A DNA stretch of 31,867 nt, taken from a virus (lineage: Duplodnaviria > Caudoviricetes). The stretch is from positions 1 through 31,867 of IMG/VR virus record IMGVR_UViG_3300027743_000068; one strand, given 5' to 3'. Positions 1-6,896 of the stretch are shown in pieces; the stretch's first letter is position 1, and each line of letters begins with the position of its first letter. The position numbers and the translations under genes were made by a program. Below the pieces are notes generated by a model that was given only the letters and a program-made list of their open reading frames with translations, had not been told where the DNA came from and did not search any database.

Positions 1-2
1 TA

Positions 3-743
3 GGTAAGTTACAATATAATAATGAAATATATAAAGGAGAACACCAGGCTATTATTAGTAAAGAAATATTTGGTAGAGTCCAACGAGAATTAAGAGAAAG
101 ACGATGTTGTAATTATATAAATCACGACGGGCCTATTATAAGTCGCCGTTCTGAAAGATGGTACAATTATTACTTATTGACAATATTGTATTGTGGCAAA
201 TGTGGTGCTAATATGCGAATTACTCAGAGTGGGAATAAACAGGTTAAATATTATTGCTGTGGAAGGGCATTGAGATATACTGGTGCTTGTGATTGCACCA
301 AATTATATAGAGTAGAAAAAATAGAACATGAAATTGAATGTATTTTAAAAGAATTCTTAGACGGAATTATAAACTTTGTTCCCAAAATTAACACTGATAA
401 TACAAGGGATATTTTAGAAAGAAGATTGGACAAAATACCTGCAGAAATTTCGAGGGTACAAGATGGATTTTTGGCAGGAATTTTTTCGATTGCTGAAGCA
501 AAAGAAAAAAAGTTGCAGTTGGAGAATGAAAAAGTCCAGATTGAAATTGAACTTAAAAATATGGGTGAACATAAATTTGATATTGAGGATCCAAAAGAAA
601 ATTTATTATCCATTTGGGATACTTTTATTTTTACAGATGATATTTGCCAGAAAAGAGAAATTTTAAAAAGTGTAGTAGAAAAAATTTATATAGACAAAAA
701 TGGAATAATGGAAATTGTGTTTGTGGATAAAAGGGCGTTATAG
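3..743 (+). CDS. Large serine recombinase (integrase), 5'-truncated: end of recombinase domain, zinc ribbon, coiled coil
   Basis: The frame of ORF 177..743 is open back to nt 3 and reads GEHQAIISKEIFGRVQ...LYCGKCGANM...YYCC...C, then a coiled coil and KREILKSVVEKIYID, the usual LSR C-terminal pattern. Confidence 0.9.
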   Translation, partial: GKLQYNNEIYKGEHQAIISKEIFGRVQRELRERRCCNYINHDGPIISRRSERWYNYYLLTILYCGKCGANMRITQSGNKQVKYYCCGRALRYTGACDCTKLYRVEKIEHEIECILKEFLDGIINFVPKINTDNTRDILERRLDKIPAEISRVQDGFLAGIFSIAEAKEKKLQLENEKVQIEIELKNMGEHKFDIEDPKENLLSIWDTFIFTDDICQKREILKSVVEKIYIDKNGIMEIVFVDKRAL

Positions 744-760
744 CCTATTTTATTTTTTTT
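733..760 (+). terminator. Possible intrinsic terminator after the recombinase
   Basis: Short GGC-gttata-GCC stem followed by a long T tract. Confidence 0.4.
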
Positions 761-771
761 ATAATTTAGTA

Positions 772-800
772 TTTACTTTTGTAATCACATATGTTATAAT
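772..800 (+). promoter_or_regulatory. SigA-type promoter of the accessory operon
   Basis: TTTACT (772-777), 17 bp spacer, TATAAT (795-800) with extended TG; AGGAGG RBS before ATG 827. Confidence 0.7.
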
Positions 801-826
801 TAGGAAAACGTTAGGAGGAAAATTAA

Positions 827-1030
827 ATGGCAAGTAAGAAAAAACAAGACGGAGAGCCAAAAGTAATATATAAAACATTTAAATGTAATCCAATACTAGA
901 TAAAGATGTTTTGGATATGCTTGCAATGCAAACAGATCAAACGAAATTTATAAAATGGCTAATGAGAAGGGCGATAAGAGAGTTTGGAATGATTGATTTA
1001 TACTCAAAAATCGGGGTTCAAAATATTTAG
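827..1030 (+). CDS. Small ribbon-helix-helix-like DNA-binding protein (ParR/CopG-like)
   Basis: 67 aa, strong RBS; strand YKTFKC followed by helices DKDVLDML and QTKFIKWLMRRAI. Confidence 0.55.
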   Translation: MASKKKQDGEPKVIYKTFKCNPILDKDVLDMLAMQTDQTKFIKWLMRRAIREFGMIDLYSKIGVQNI

Positions 1031-1090
1031 CTATTATAATTTATGGGAGAGAGTCCACATAATAATTATAATAACAAGGAGGTGGATAAT

Positions 1091-1219
1091 ATGTGTTACA
1101 TGGTTGATGATGGAAATGGTACATTAGAAGAACGTCCGACGCTGGAAGAGGCAGAGGAATTAAAAAGAGAATGGGAAAGTAAAGGCAGAAAAAATGTAAC
1201 AATCAAGGAATTTGCCTAA
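1091..1219 (+). CDS. 42 aa hypothetical protein (not in ORF track)
   Basis: AAGGAGGTGG RBS then MCYMVDDGNGTLEERPTLEEAEELKREWESKGRKNVTIKEFA*. Confidence 0.7.
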   Translation: MCYMVDDGNGTLEERPTLEEAEELKREWESKGRKNVTIKEFA

Positions 1220-1221
1220 TG

Positions 1222-1308
1222 TAAAAGAAGATAACCCCTTTTACGGAGTTATCTTCTGAACCATAAACCAATAAGTCTTTTGTGCTTACATTTACTTTAG
1301 CAAAGTAA
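1222..1308 (-). ncRNA. Putative ~85 nt antisense (countertranscript-like) RNA
   Basis: Minus-strand promoter at 1342-1314; terminator stem 1226-1257 whose mismatch is G-U only on the minus strand and whose U tract is on the minus strand. Confidence 0.5.
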
Positions 1309-1313
1309 GTGTA

Positions 1314-1342
1314 ATTATATCATAAATTTAAAGGACGGTTAA
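1314..1342 (-). promoter_or_regulatory. Antisense SigA promoter with extended -10
   Basis: Minus strand TTAACC (1342-1337), 17 bp, TATAAT (1319-1314) preceded by TGA. Confidence 0.55.
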
Positions 1343-1382
1343 GGATATGTGCAAAATAGAAATAAAAAAATGAGGTGAGAAA

Positions 1383-2336
1383 ATGAGTAAAATCTTTACT
1401 GTAATGAGTGGAATTATATTATTTATTGTTTGTTTGGCTGGTGCTTGTGCCAGTTGTGCAGTTTCAATTTTTTCAGAATTAGAATTATTTACAGGTAGCG
1501 AAATGTATGCATTCATTGCATTTACAATATATGTGCAGATATCAATTTTTATGGTTAGCAGTTTCGAAACTGCAATTAAAAACAACTTTAATAGGCACTA
1601 TAGGCAGGCAAAATTATTGCAGTATGGACTTTTAATTGTAATTATATTTTTAAATAGCCAATTCTTCTTTATAAATCTTGGCAAAAATGGACTGTTAATA
1701 AAAATAATAACTTTCATAATGTGCATACTTGTTGAATATGGAACAATTGTAGGTCTTAAATTAGCTGTAGATAGAATATTTTTGAATTATTCTTTCAGGA
1801 GTGACAATAATGATAATGACAAAAGTATTGTATCAAAGCTTTTTAGTAATTTGATATTTGGATGGAAATACAGGATAGAGCAAAAATACTTAGAAAATAT
1901 GAAACTAGCAAATATTGATTATACAAAGAATGTACAAGAAAATGCACAAGAAGTTAAAGTAAAAGAAATGAAAGAAATACAGCAAAAACCAGATTTAAAG
2001 TTATTGAAATTTCCTGAATCTTTGGTAGAACAAAAAGAAACAGCAATAGAAGAAATTGAAAATATAGAAAATATAACAAATAATGAGAATGAAAATATTG
2101 ATAATCTTTGTTCGAACAAAGATTTGGAATTGATAAGAAATACAATTTGGAGCTATAAGGATGTCGATATAGCCCCAAGTGTAACAGCTTTAATGGAACT
2201 GGCTGGATTAAAAAGAAAAGTTATCCAGTCAGCAAAGAAAAAGTTGGAAGAAGAAGGATTTATTACAACAAAAGGAAAAACAACTTTTGTAAATACAAAG
2301 GAGAACAAGAAAAATGTATCTAAGATTAAGAACTAA
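1383..2336 (+). CDS. Membrane protein, about 4 N-terminal TM helices, acidic linker, C-terminal wHTH-like domain (Spd-like architecture)
   Basis: GAGGTG RBS; hydrophobic segments in the first ~130 aa; E/N-rich linker; C-terminal PSVTALMELAGL...KKLEEEGFI. Confidence 0.6.
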   Translation: MSKIFTVMSGIILFIVCLAGACASCAVSIFSELELFTGSEMYAFIAFTIYVQISIFMVSSFETAIKNNFNRHYRQAKLLQYGLLIVIIFLNSQFFFINLGKNGLLIKIITFIMCILVEYGTIVGLKLAVDRIFLNYSFRSDNNDNDKSIVSKLFSNLIFGWKYRIEQKYLENMKLANIDYTKNVQENAQEVKVKEMKEIQQKPDLKLLKFPESLVEQKETAIEEIENIENITNNENENIDNLCSNKDLELIRNTIWSYKDVDIAPSVTALMELAGLKRKVIQSAKKKLEEEGFITTKGKTTFVNTKENKKNVSKIKN

Positions 2337-2559
2337 TGAATCAAATTTCAAGGTAATAAACAAAGCACTATTTGATACGGCAAATATACTGCCTAAAATA
2401 TTTCACAATAATCAAGCATTTTATAGAATAAATTTCTTAAGTACAGAAACATTAAAATTGATTGGATGGATATTAGATTACTACAATGATACTGAAATTG
2501 ATGTGCTTGAAAGTTTGAATACAGGAGGTGTAAACAATGACAATGAAGGAAATACTTAA
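2314..2559 (+). CDS. Hypothetical protein, 81 aa
   Basis: AAGGAG RBS; overlaps both neighbours in operon fashion. Confidence 0.6.
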   Translation: MYLRLRTNESNFKVINKALFDTANILPKIFHNNQAFYRINFLSTETLKLIGWILDYYNDTEIDVLESLNTGGVNNDNEGNT

Positions 2560-2728
2560 TAAAAATAACAATTTTGAATTTAGCATTGATAAAAAACAGT
2601 ACAAAGTAACAAATAACTCTCTATATGTAAAAATTAATGGGAATTATGTACATAGCATAAATGTTAATTTAAGTGACAATGAGCTAGATAGTATTTGTGC
2701 AATATTAAAAGGAAATGCCAGCCTGTAA
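2537..2728 (+). CDS. Hypothetical protein, 63 aa
   Basis: AGGAGGTG RBS before ATG 2537. Confidence 0.65.
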   Translation: MTMKEILNKNNNFEFSIDKKQYKVTNNSLYVKINGNYVHSINVNLSDNELDSICAILKGNASL

Positions 2729-2750
2729 GCAAAAACATTTCCTAATCTCT

Positions 2751-2802
2751 AAAAAGCCCTTGGAAGAACTATAGATATTTTTATTATAGTTCCTCCAAGG
2801 GC
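2751..2802 (-). terminator. Minus-strand intrinsic terminator inside the plus-strand operon
   Basis: 18 bp stem gcccttggaagaactata (2756-2773) / tatagttcctccaagggc (2785-2802); the one mismatch is G-U on minus; U5 follows only on minus. Confidence 0.6.
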
Positions 2803-2833
2803 AAAAGTAAATAAAAATTTGGAGGGAATTGTA

Positions 2834-3040
2834 ATGAAAATTAATAATTTGACAGATAAGGAAATACAAGATATAGAAAGGCAAACACTCGCAACAATGA
2901 ATCATGAATTTTTACAACCAAGTGAAGCAGCAATTGAAATAAATCGTCAGTTTCTCGAAGGAAAGATAACAAGTAATGAGGCAATTGATAAGATAAAAAA
3001 GAAATACTGTGTAATGGTAGGGAGGTTAGGGAAGTGTTAG
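2834..3040 (+). CDS. VbhA-family antitoxin-like protein
   Basis: GGAGG RBS before ATG 2834; TLATMNHEFLQPS...FLEGKITSNEAI...KKKY fits the VbhA pattern A-(S/T)xxxE-x-L-x-PS...G-x-IT-xx-E. Confidence 0.7.
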   Translation: MKINNLTDKEIQDIERQTLATMNHEFLQPSEAAIEINRQFLEGKITSNEAIDKIKKKYCVMVGRLGKC

Positions 3041-3330
3041 ACTTATTAAACTTACTGGTACAAGCAACACTAATGATAATACTTGCAATGTCGCCTTTCT
3101 TCATAGGTTTTGGAATACTCTTTTACTCAGTATATTTTTTTACGAATGGTAAGCACAAGGATTTGATGGAAACAGTATACTGGAAAATAGTTAGAATTAA
3201 AAATAAAAGAAAAGAATTAAAAGAAAAACAAGAAAAAATAGCAATTGAGAAGGCAGCGATTGAAAAAGGCAATTTTGAGATTATTAAAGTAAATGGAAGA
3301 TTAGTAGTGAAAACAGGGGAGGAGAATTGA
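3034..3330 (+). CDS. Membrane protein with cytoplasmic coiled coil
   Basis: GGGAGG RBS, GTG start; hydrophobic N-terminus, K/E-rich C-terminus. Confidence 0.65.
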   Translation: MLDLLNLLVQATLMIILAMSPFFIGFGILFYSVYFFTNGKHKDLMETVYWKIVRIKNKRKELKEKQEKIAIEKAAIEKGNFEIIKVNGRLVVKTGEEN

Positions 3331-3332
3331 TT

Positions 3333-3530
3333 ATGACAAATTTGATAGCAACATTAGTATTATTAGTTGCTTTTTGGAATATTGTAAAAGGAAAATTTAA
3401 AGATGCCGGAATACTAGTGCTTTGTAGTTGCGTATTATTAGCTGTTATGAATGATATTAGTTTGTTATACCTTGCTGGAAATAGTGTTGTTGATCTAGCT
3501 AAAGAACTTTTGAAAGGTGGGATTAAGTAA
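3333..3530 (+). CDS. Small 2-TM membrane protein, possibly TcpD/VirB2-like
   Basis: GGAGGA RBS before ATG 3333; two hydrophobic helices around KGKFKD; TAATG overlap with the ATPase gene. Family call is inference. Confidence 0.55.
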   Translation: MTNLIATLVLLVAFWNIVKGKFKDAGILVLCSCVLLAVMNDISLLYLAGNSVVDLAKELLKGGIK

Positions 3531-5575
3531 TGGATAGCATAATTGGATTATTAATTATTGGAATAATAATTATATTAGCAACAAAGACAGGAAGAAAAGA
3601 AGTAAGTAAATTAATAAGTAAATTAATTGGAAAAGGTATGGATAAGCTAAAAAAACAAATATGTAATTTACTCAAAATATTTTTAAATGCAGTAATTTTT
3701 ATGATAAAAAAAATTGTAATAAATATGTTAATCCAGCTTAAACCAAGTAATTTGAAACAATTACTTGCAACTAAAGAGAGATATTTATTTATCTCTCTTG
3801 CAATTATTAGCTTAGGATTACTGTTGTACAAAGGTTATAGGTTTTATATATGTTTAATAATAGGATTATTAAGTTATTTTTTATTAAAAGGAGTGTTAAT
3901 TTCTATTAATGATTTAATAATTTCGACAATTAAAAAGAAAAAAATAGATATGCTTTGTAATAAATATAAGTATATTTGTGAAATGTTTGATAATAGGTTA
4001 CAGATAGTAAAAGAGCAACAAAATATTTTGACAGCTTTTAGCTCGGATTTTACTTGTAAACATTTAATAGATAAAAAAGAAATACTAGAAATAAAATTAA
4101 ATAGGGATATAAACAATATAAGTAGGCAAACAGGAAATTTTAAATACATGAACATAGTATTTAAAATTGATACTAAATTTAAAAAATTTTATAGGTTTCA
4201 AGATTATGTTGCATGTGCTGATACTAGCAAAACAAAAGTTCCGTTTTTGTTTGGAATAAAAGAAGATGAAGCACTATTAGTTATTGATTTTGCAGAAATA
4301 AAACATATGCTTATCTCTGGCGTTACTGGTGGAGGAAAAAGCAATTTAATAAATATGATATTACAAAGCTTATTTTGTTTTGATAACAATGTTGTATGCA
4401 TACTTGTTGATTTTAAATATGAAATAGAAATGTACAAATACTCTAAGTTTAGAAACTGTGTAACTGTAAGTAATCAAAAAGAATTTAAGAAAATACTTGA
4501 TTTACTATTTGAAGAAATGAAAGATAGGGCAGAAATTTTAAAGAAAAATAATGTTTCAGACATAAATCAATATAATAAAAGATTTTCATCTAAAAAAATG
4601 CCATTCATAATTTTAGTTATTGACGAAATTGGAGATCTAAAATTAGACAAGGAAAAATCAAAAGATGATAACACGACAGTAATTGATAAGCTTAAAAAAT
4701 TGCTTACAATTGCAAGGGCATTAGGAATAAGCGTTGTAATGGCAACTCAAACACCAAGCGGAGAAATATTAGATACTGATATTAGAAGGTTAGTGCCTTT
4801 TAAAATTAGTACTAATGTTGGAAAAGCAATTGAAACGCAAAAAATGACAGGAGTAACAGGAACGCAAGAACTCAAAACAGCTGAATTTATGACAAATTTT
4901 AAGAAATATAGCGATATATATAAAGGTTTGCTAATTCAAGAGGAAGCAGATGAAGAAGAGGGTCTCCCAGAATGTAATAAAATTTTTGAAAAGTTAAGCA
5001 ATTTAATGACAAAAGATAACGAATATTTGGAAAACAACAAAGACGAATGTATTATTGCAGTTGGAAATATAATTAAACAAAAGTCTAAAAAACATAAGAA
5101 AAATGTCAATTATTTTAGTCATATATATAATTTGTTTAGTAAAATACTACTAACAAAAATTAACAAAGGTAAAGGAGAAGTGTTAGCGGTTTCTGCTAAC
5201 TTAGAAAAAAATATGCTAATTATAAAACCATTTTCAAATGAAGTAATAGACTGCGTTAACAGGTTTAAAAATCTACACGATGAAAACAAAATATCCTTAG
5301 AAAAGAATACATTTTCTGATTCGGAAACTAACCCAGCCAATACAGATTCCAGATATTTGAAATTTCTTAACGTGATTTTCCAGTTCAGAAATGAAAAAAA
5401 CATCATACCATCATCAAAAATAATTAATGATTATATGGATAATTTTGGAGAATACGAAAGAGATGTATTATTAGGAAAAGCAAAAGAAGAAAATTTAATA
5501 ATTGCAAATGGAACAAAATTTTTAATCAATTTGAATAACGAAAAATGGGATAATTTTTTGGAAGGAATGATTTAA
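3530..5575 (+). CDS. FtsK/SpoIIIE-family ATPase (TraB/TcpA-like) with N-terminal TM helices and C-terminal wHTH-like domain
   Basis: HMLISGVTGGGKS (Walker A), LVDFK, EEMKDR, LVIDEIGDL (Walker B), ARALGISVVMATQTPS (FtsK/HerA Arg and Gln motifs). Confidence 0.92.
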   Translation: MDSIIGLLIIGIIIILATKTGRKEVSKLISKLIGKGMDKLKKQICNLLKIFLNAVIFMIKKIVINMLIQLKPSNLKQLLATKERYLFISLAIISLGLLLYKGYRFYICLIIGLLSYFLLKGVLISINDLIISTIKKKKIDMLCNKYKYICEMFDNRLQIVKEQQNILTAFSSDFTCKHLIDKKEILEIKLNRDINNISRQTGNFKYMNIVFKIDTKFKKFYRFQDYVACADTSKTKVPFLFGIKEDEALLVIDFAEIKHMLISGVTGGGKSNLINMILQSLFCFDNNVVCILVDFKYEIEMYKYSKFRNCVTVSNQKEFKKILDLLFEEMKDRAEILKKNNVSDINQYNKRFSSKKMPFIILVIDEIGDLKLDKEKSKDDNTTVIDKLKKLLTIARALGISVVMATQTPSGEILDTDIRRLVPFKISTNVGKAIETQKMTGVTGTQELKTAEFMTNFKKYSDIYKGLLIQEEADEEEGLPECNKIFEKLSNLMTKDNEYLENNKDECIIAVGNIIKQKSKKHKKNVNYFSHIYNLFSKILLTKINKGKGEVLAVSANLEKNMLIIKPFSNEVIDCVNRFKNLHDENKISLEKNTFSDSETNPANTDSRYLKFLNVIFQFRNEKNIIPSSKIINDYMDNFGEYERDVLLGKAKEENLIIANGTKFLINLNNEKWDNFLEGMI

Positions 5576-5576
5576 A

Positions 5577-5768
5577 ATGGAAGAATTAAAAGAAGTTTTA
5601 AACTTATTAAAAGAAAGTGCAATACTCAGAAAAGGAATACAAATATTTGTAGAACATTGGAAAATAATGATTTTAATTATAATAGTTGGTGCAATAGTTG
5701 CTATTTTGAGCGACAAGGAAGACAATTTTATACCAATTAGCAAAATAAAAGGAATAGTAAAAAAATAG
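5577..5768 (+). CDS. Small single-TM protein
   Basis: Starts 2 nt after the ATPase stop; GGAAGGA RBS; IMILIIIVGAIVAIL segment. Confidence 0.6.
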   Translation: MEELKEVLNLLKESAILRKGIQIFVEHWKIMILIIIVGAIVAILSDKEDNFIPISKIKGIVKK

Positions 5769-5778
5769 ACATAAGGAG

Positions 5779-5810
5779 GGAGTAGCTCAAAAGCTACTCC
5801 GTTTTAGTTT
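5779..5810 (+). terminator. Intrinsic terminator of the FtsK operon
   Basis: ggagtagct-caaa-agctactcc followed by gttttagttt. Confidence 0.7.
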
Positions 5811-5834
5811 AGTCTATTTCCGTTTGGTAATGTA

Positions 5835-5863
5835 ATTTTATAACAAAAAGCATACAATGTCAA
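5835..5863 (-). promoter_or_regulatory. Near-consensus leftward SigA promoter
   Basis: Minus strand TTGACA (5863-5858), 17 bp, TAAAAT (5840-5835). Confidence 0.55.
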
Positions 5864-5888
5864 TAATTTTTGACAACGTATGCTTTTT
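5845..5888. repeat. 44 bp imperfect palindrome
   Basis: aaaaagcatac-aa-tgtcaa-taattt-ttgaca-ac-gtatgcttttt. Confidence 0.85.
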
Positions 5889-6234
5889 TAATTCCAATTA
5901 ATCTTCTTTTTAATCTTCTTTTTTAAAATTTAAATGCTAATGTAATTCTAATATTATGCTTTTTTAATAAAACTAAATCCTATATTCTTTTATTAACGGC
6001 TATTTATTTTAAACTTGTCTATCCGTATACACCCACATAGTGCATTCGAGATAAATTTCTCGATTTGACAAGTATTCAATTATAATTTCACAATATTTAA
6101 TCCCCCGTTAATATTTAATGTATTTTTTATAGCTAATTTGTTTTTATCGTACAAATATTATATTATTTTTCTATGATTTTTGATATATTATTACAAGAAA
6201 AAATATTTTGTAACAAAAGAAGGAGAAAAAATTG

Positions 6235-6423
6235 ATGAAGTACAAAGAAGTGTTAATACCTCTATTTGTTTTATCGTTAATTATAATAAGCAATGTTATG
6301 ATAATTAACGATATACAGAATAGGGTTATTTCTAACACAGACAGGATAAAAAAGCTTGAAATAGATATAAAAACTATAGAAAAAGTTTTGTATAATCTTG
6401 AAAAGGATGGTATAAAATTATGA
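6235..6423 (+). CDS. Small single-TM protein with coiled coil
   Basis: AAGGAG RBS; TTG 6232 or ATG 6235 start; hydrophobic N-terminus then RIKKLEIDIKTIEKVL. Confidence 0.6.
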   Translation: MKYKEVLIPLFVLSLIIISNVMIINDIQNRVISNTDRIKKLEIDIKTIEKVLYNLEKDGIKL

Positions 6424-6584
6424 CTTCAAAATACATTGCTATATTTGTGTTAGCTGGTGCTTTTTCGATATTGGCGCTAATAATATACTTCGAAAAATTT
6501 ATTGAAGATTTAGAAGATATTGATGATTTTGAAATTGATGACTTTGAATTCGAAGAAAAGGAAGGAAATAGTGAATATGAGTGA
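6420..6584 (+). CDS. 54 aa single-TM protein with very acidic tail (not in ORF track)
   Basis: ATGA overlap with upstream stop; MTSKYIAIFVLAGAFSILALIIYFEKFIEDLEDIDDFEIDDFEFEEKEGNSEYE*. Confidence 0.65.
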   Translation: MTSKYIAIFVLAGAFSILALIIYFEKFIEDLEDIDDFEIDDFEFEEKEGNSEYE

Positions 6585-6896
6585 TTATTTTTTCATCAAT
6601 TTAAATATTTCAAAAAATCCAAGTATTTTAAATATACCTCTATTATTATGTTTTTCAATGTTTAATCTAAAAGCCTGGTCAATCTCGTCCAGGCTAAATA
6701 TATTTAAAAGAGAAAATACAACCTGAATAATATCAAAAAGTTCACAACATTTTTTAATTATACTTGTCTCTGATCTAAACTCTTCGATCTCTTCAAAGAG
6801 TTTATTTATTTGTGCAGATTCAAAATTATCTTTATCTAAATTCATTTTTGCATAATCTAATACTGGAAGTTTAAAAAGTTGGTTAAGATTTTTCAT
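6585..6896 (-). CDS. MazG-like nucleotide pyrophosphohydrolase
   Basis: KLFEEIEEF...ELFDIIQV gives the EExxE...ExxD metal-binding motif of all-alpha NTP pyrophosphatases; ATGA overlap with the endolysin. Confidence 0.7.
   Translation of the reverse strand: MKNLNQLFKLPVLDYAKMNLDKDNFESAQINKLFEEIEEFRSETSIIKKCCELFDIIQVVFSLLNIFSLDEIDQAFRLNIEKHNNRGIFKILGFFEIFKLMKK

Noticed and set aside
177-743. TTG 177 as start of a 188 aa protein
   Set aside because: The frame is open to the window edge with recombinase motifs upstream; it is a truncated larger gene.
1091-1308. Type I toxin-antitoxin reading of the 42 aa ORF plus antisense RNA
   Set aside because: The peptide is hydrophilic with no TM helix and the RNA does not overlap the ORF.
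3530-5575. Chromosomal ftsK/spoIIIE or type VII EssC
   Set aside because: Single ATPase domain, no WXG100 neighbours, mobile-element context.
251-5743. Minus-strand ORFs opposite the plus operon (e.g. 251-613, 3874-4155, 5119-5406)
   Set aside because: F/S/I-rich shadows of K/E-rich sense genes, no RBS or motifs.
6046-6094. Promoter from TTGACA 6065 and TATAAT 6081 next to a small palindrome
   Set aside because: Spacer is only 10 bp; the alternative -10 is weak.
6520-6726. Plus-strand 68 aa ORF
   Set aside because: Overlaps the better-supported 6420-6584 ORF and is antisense to the MazG-like gene.
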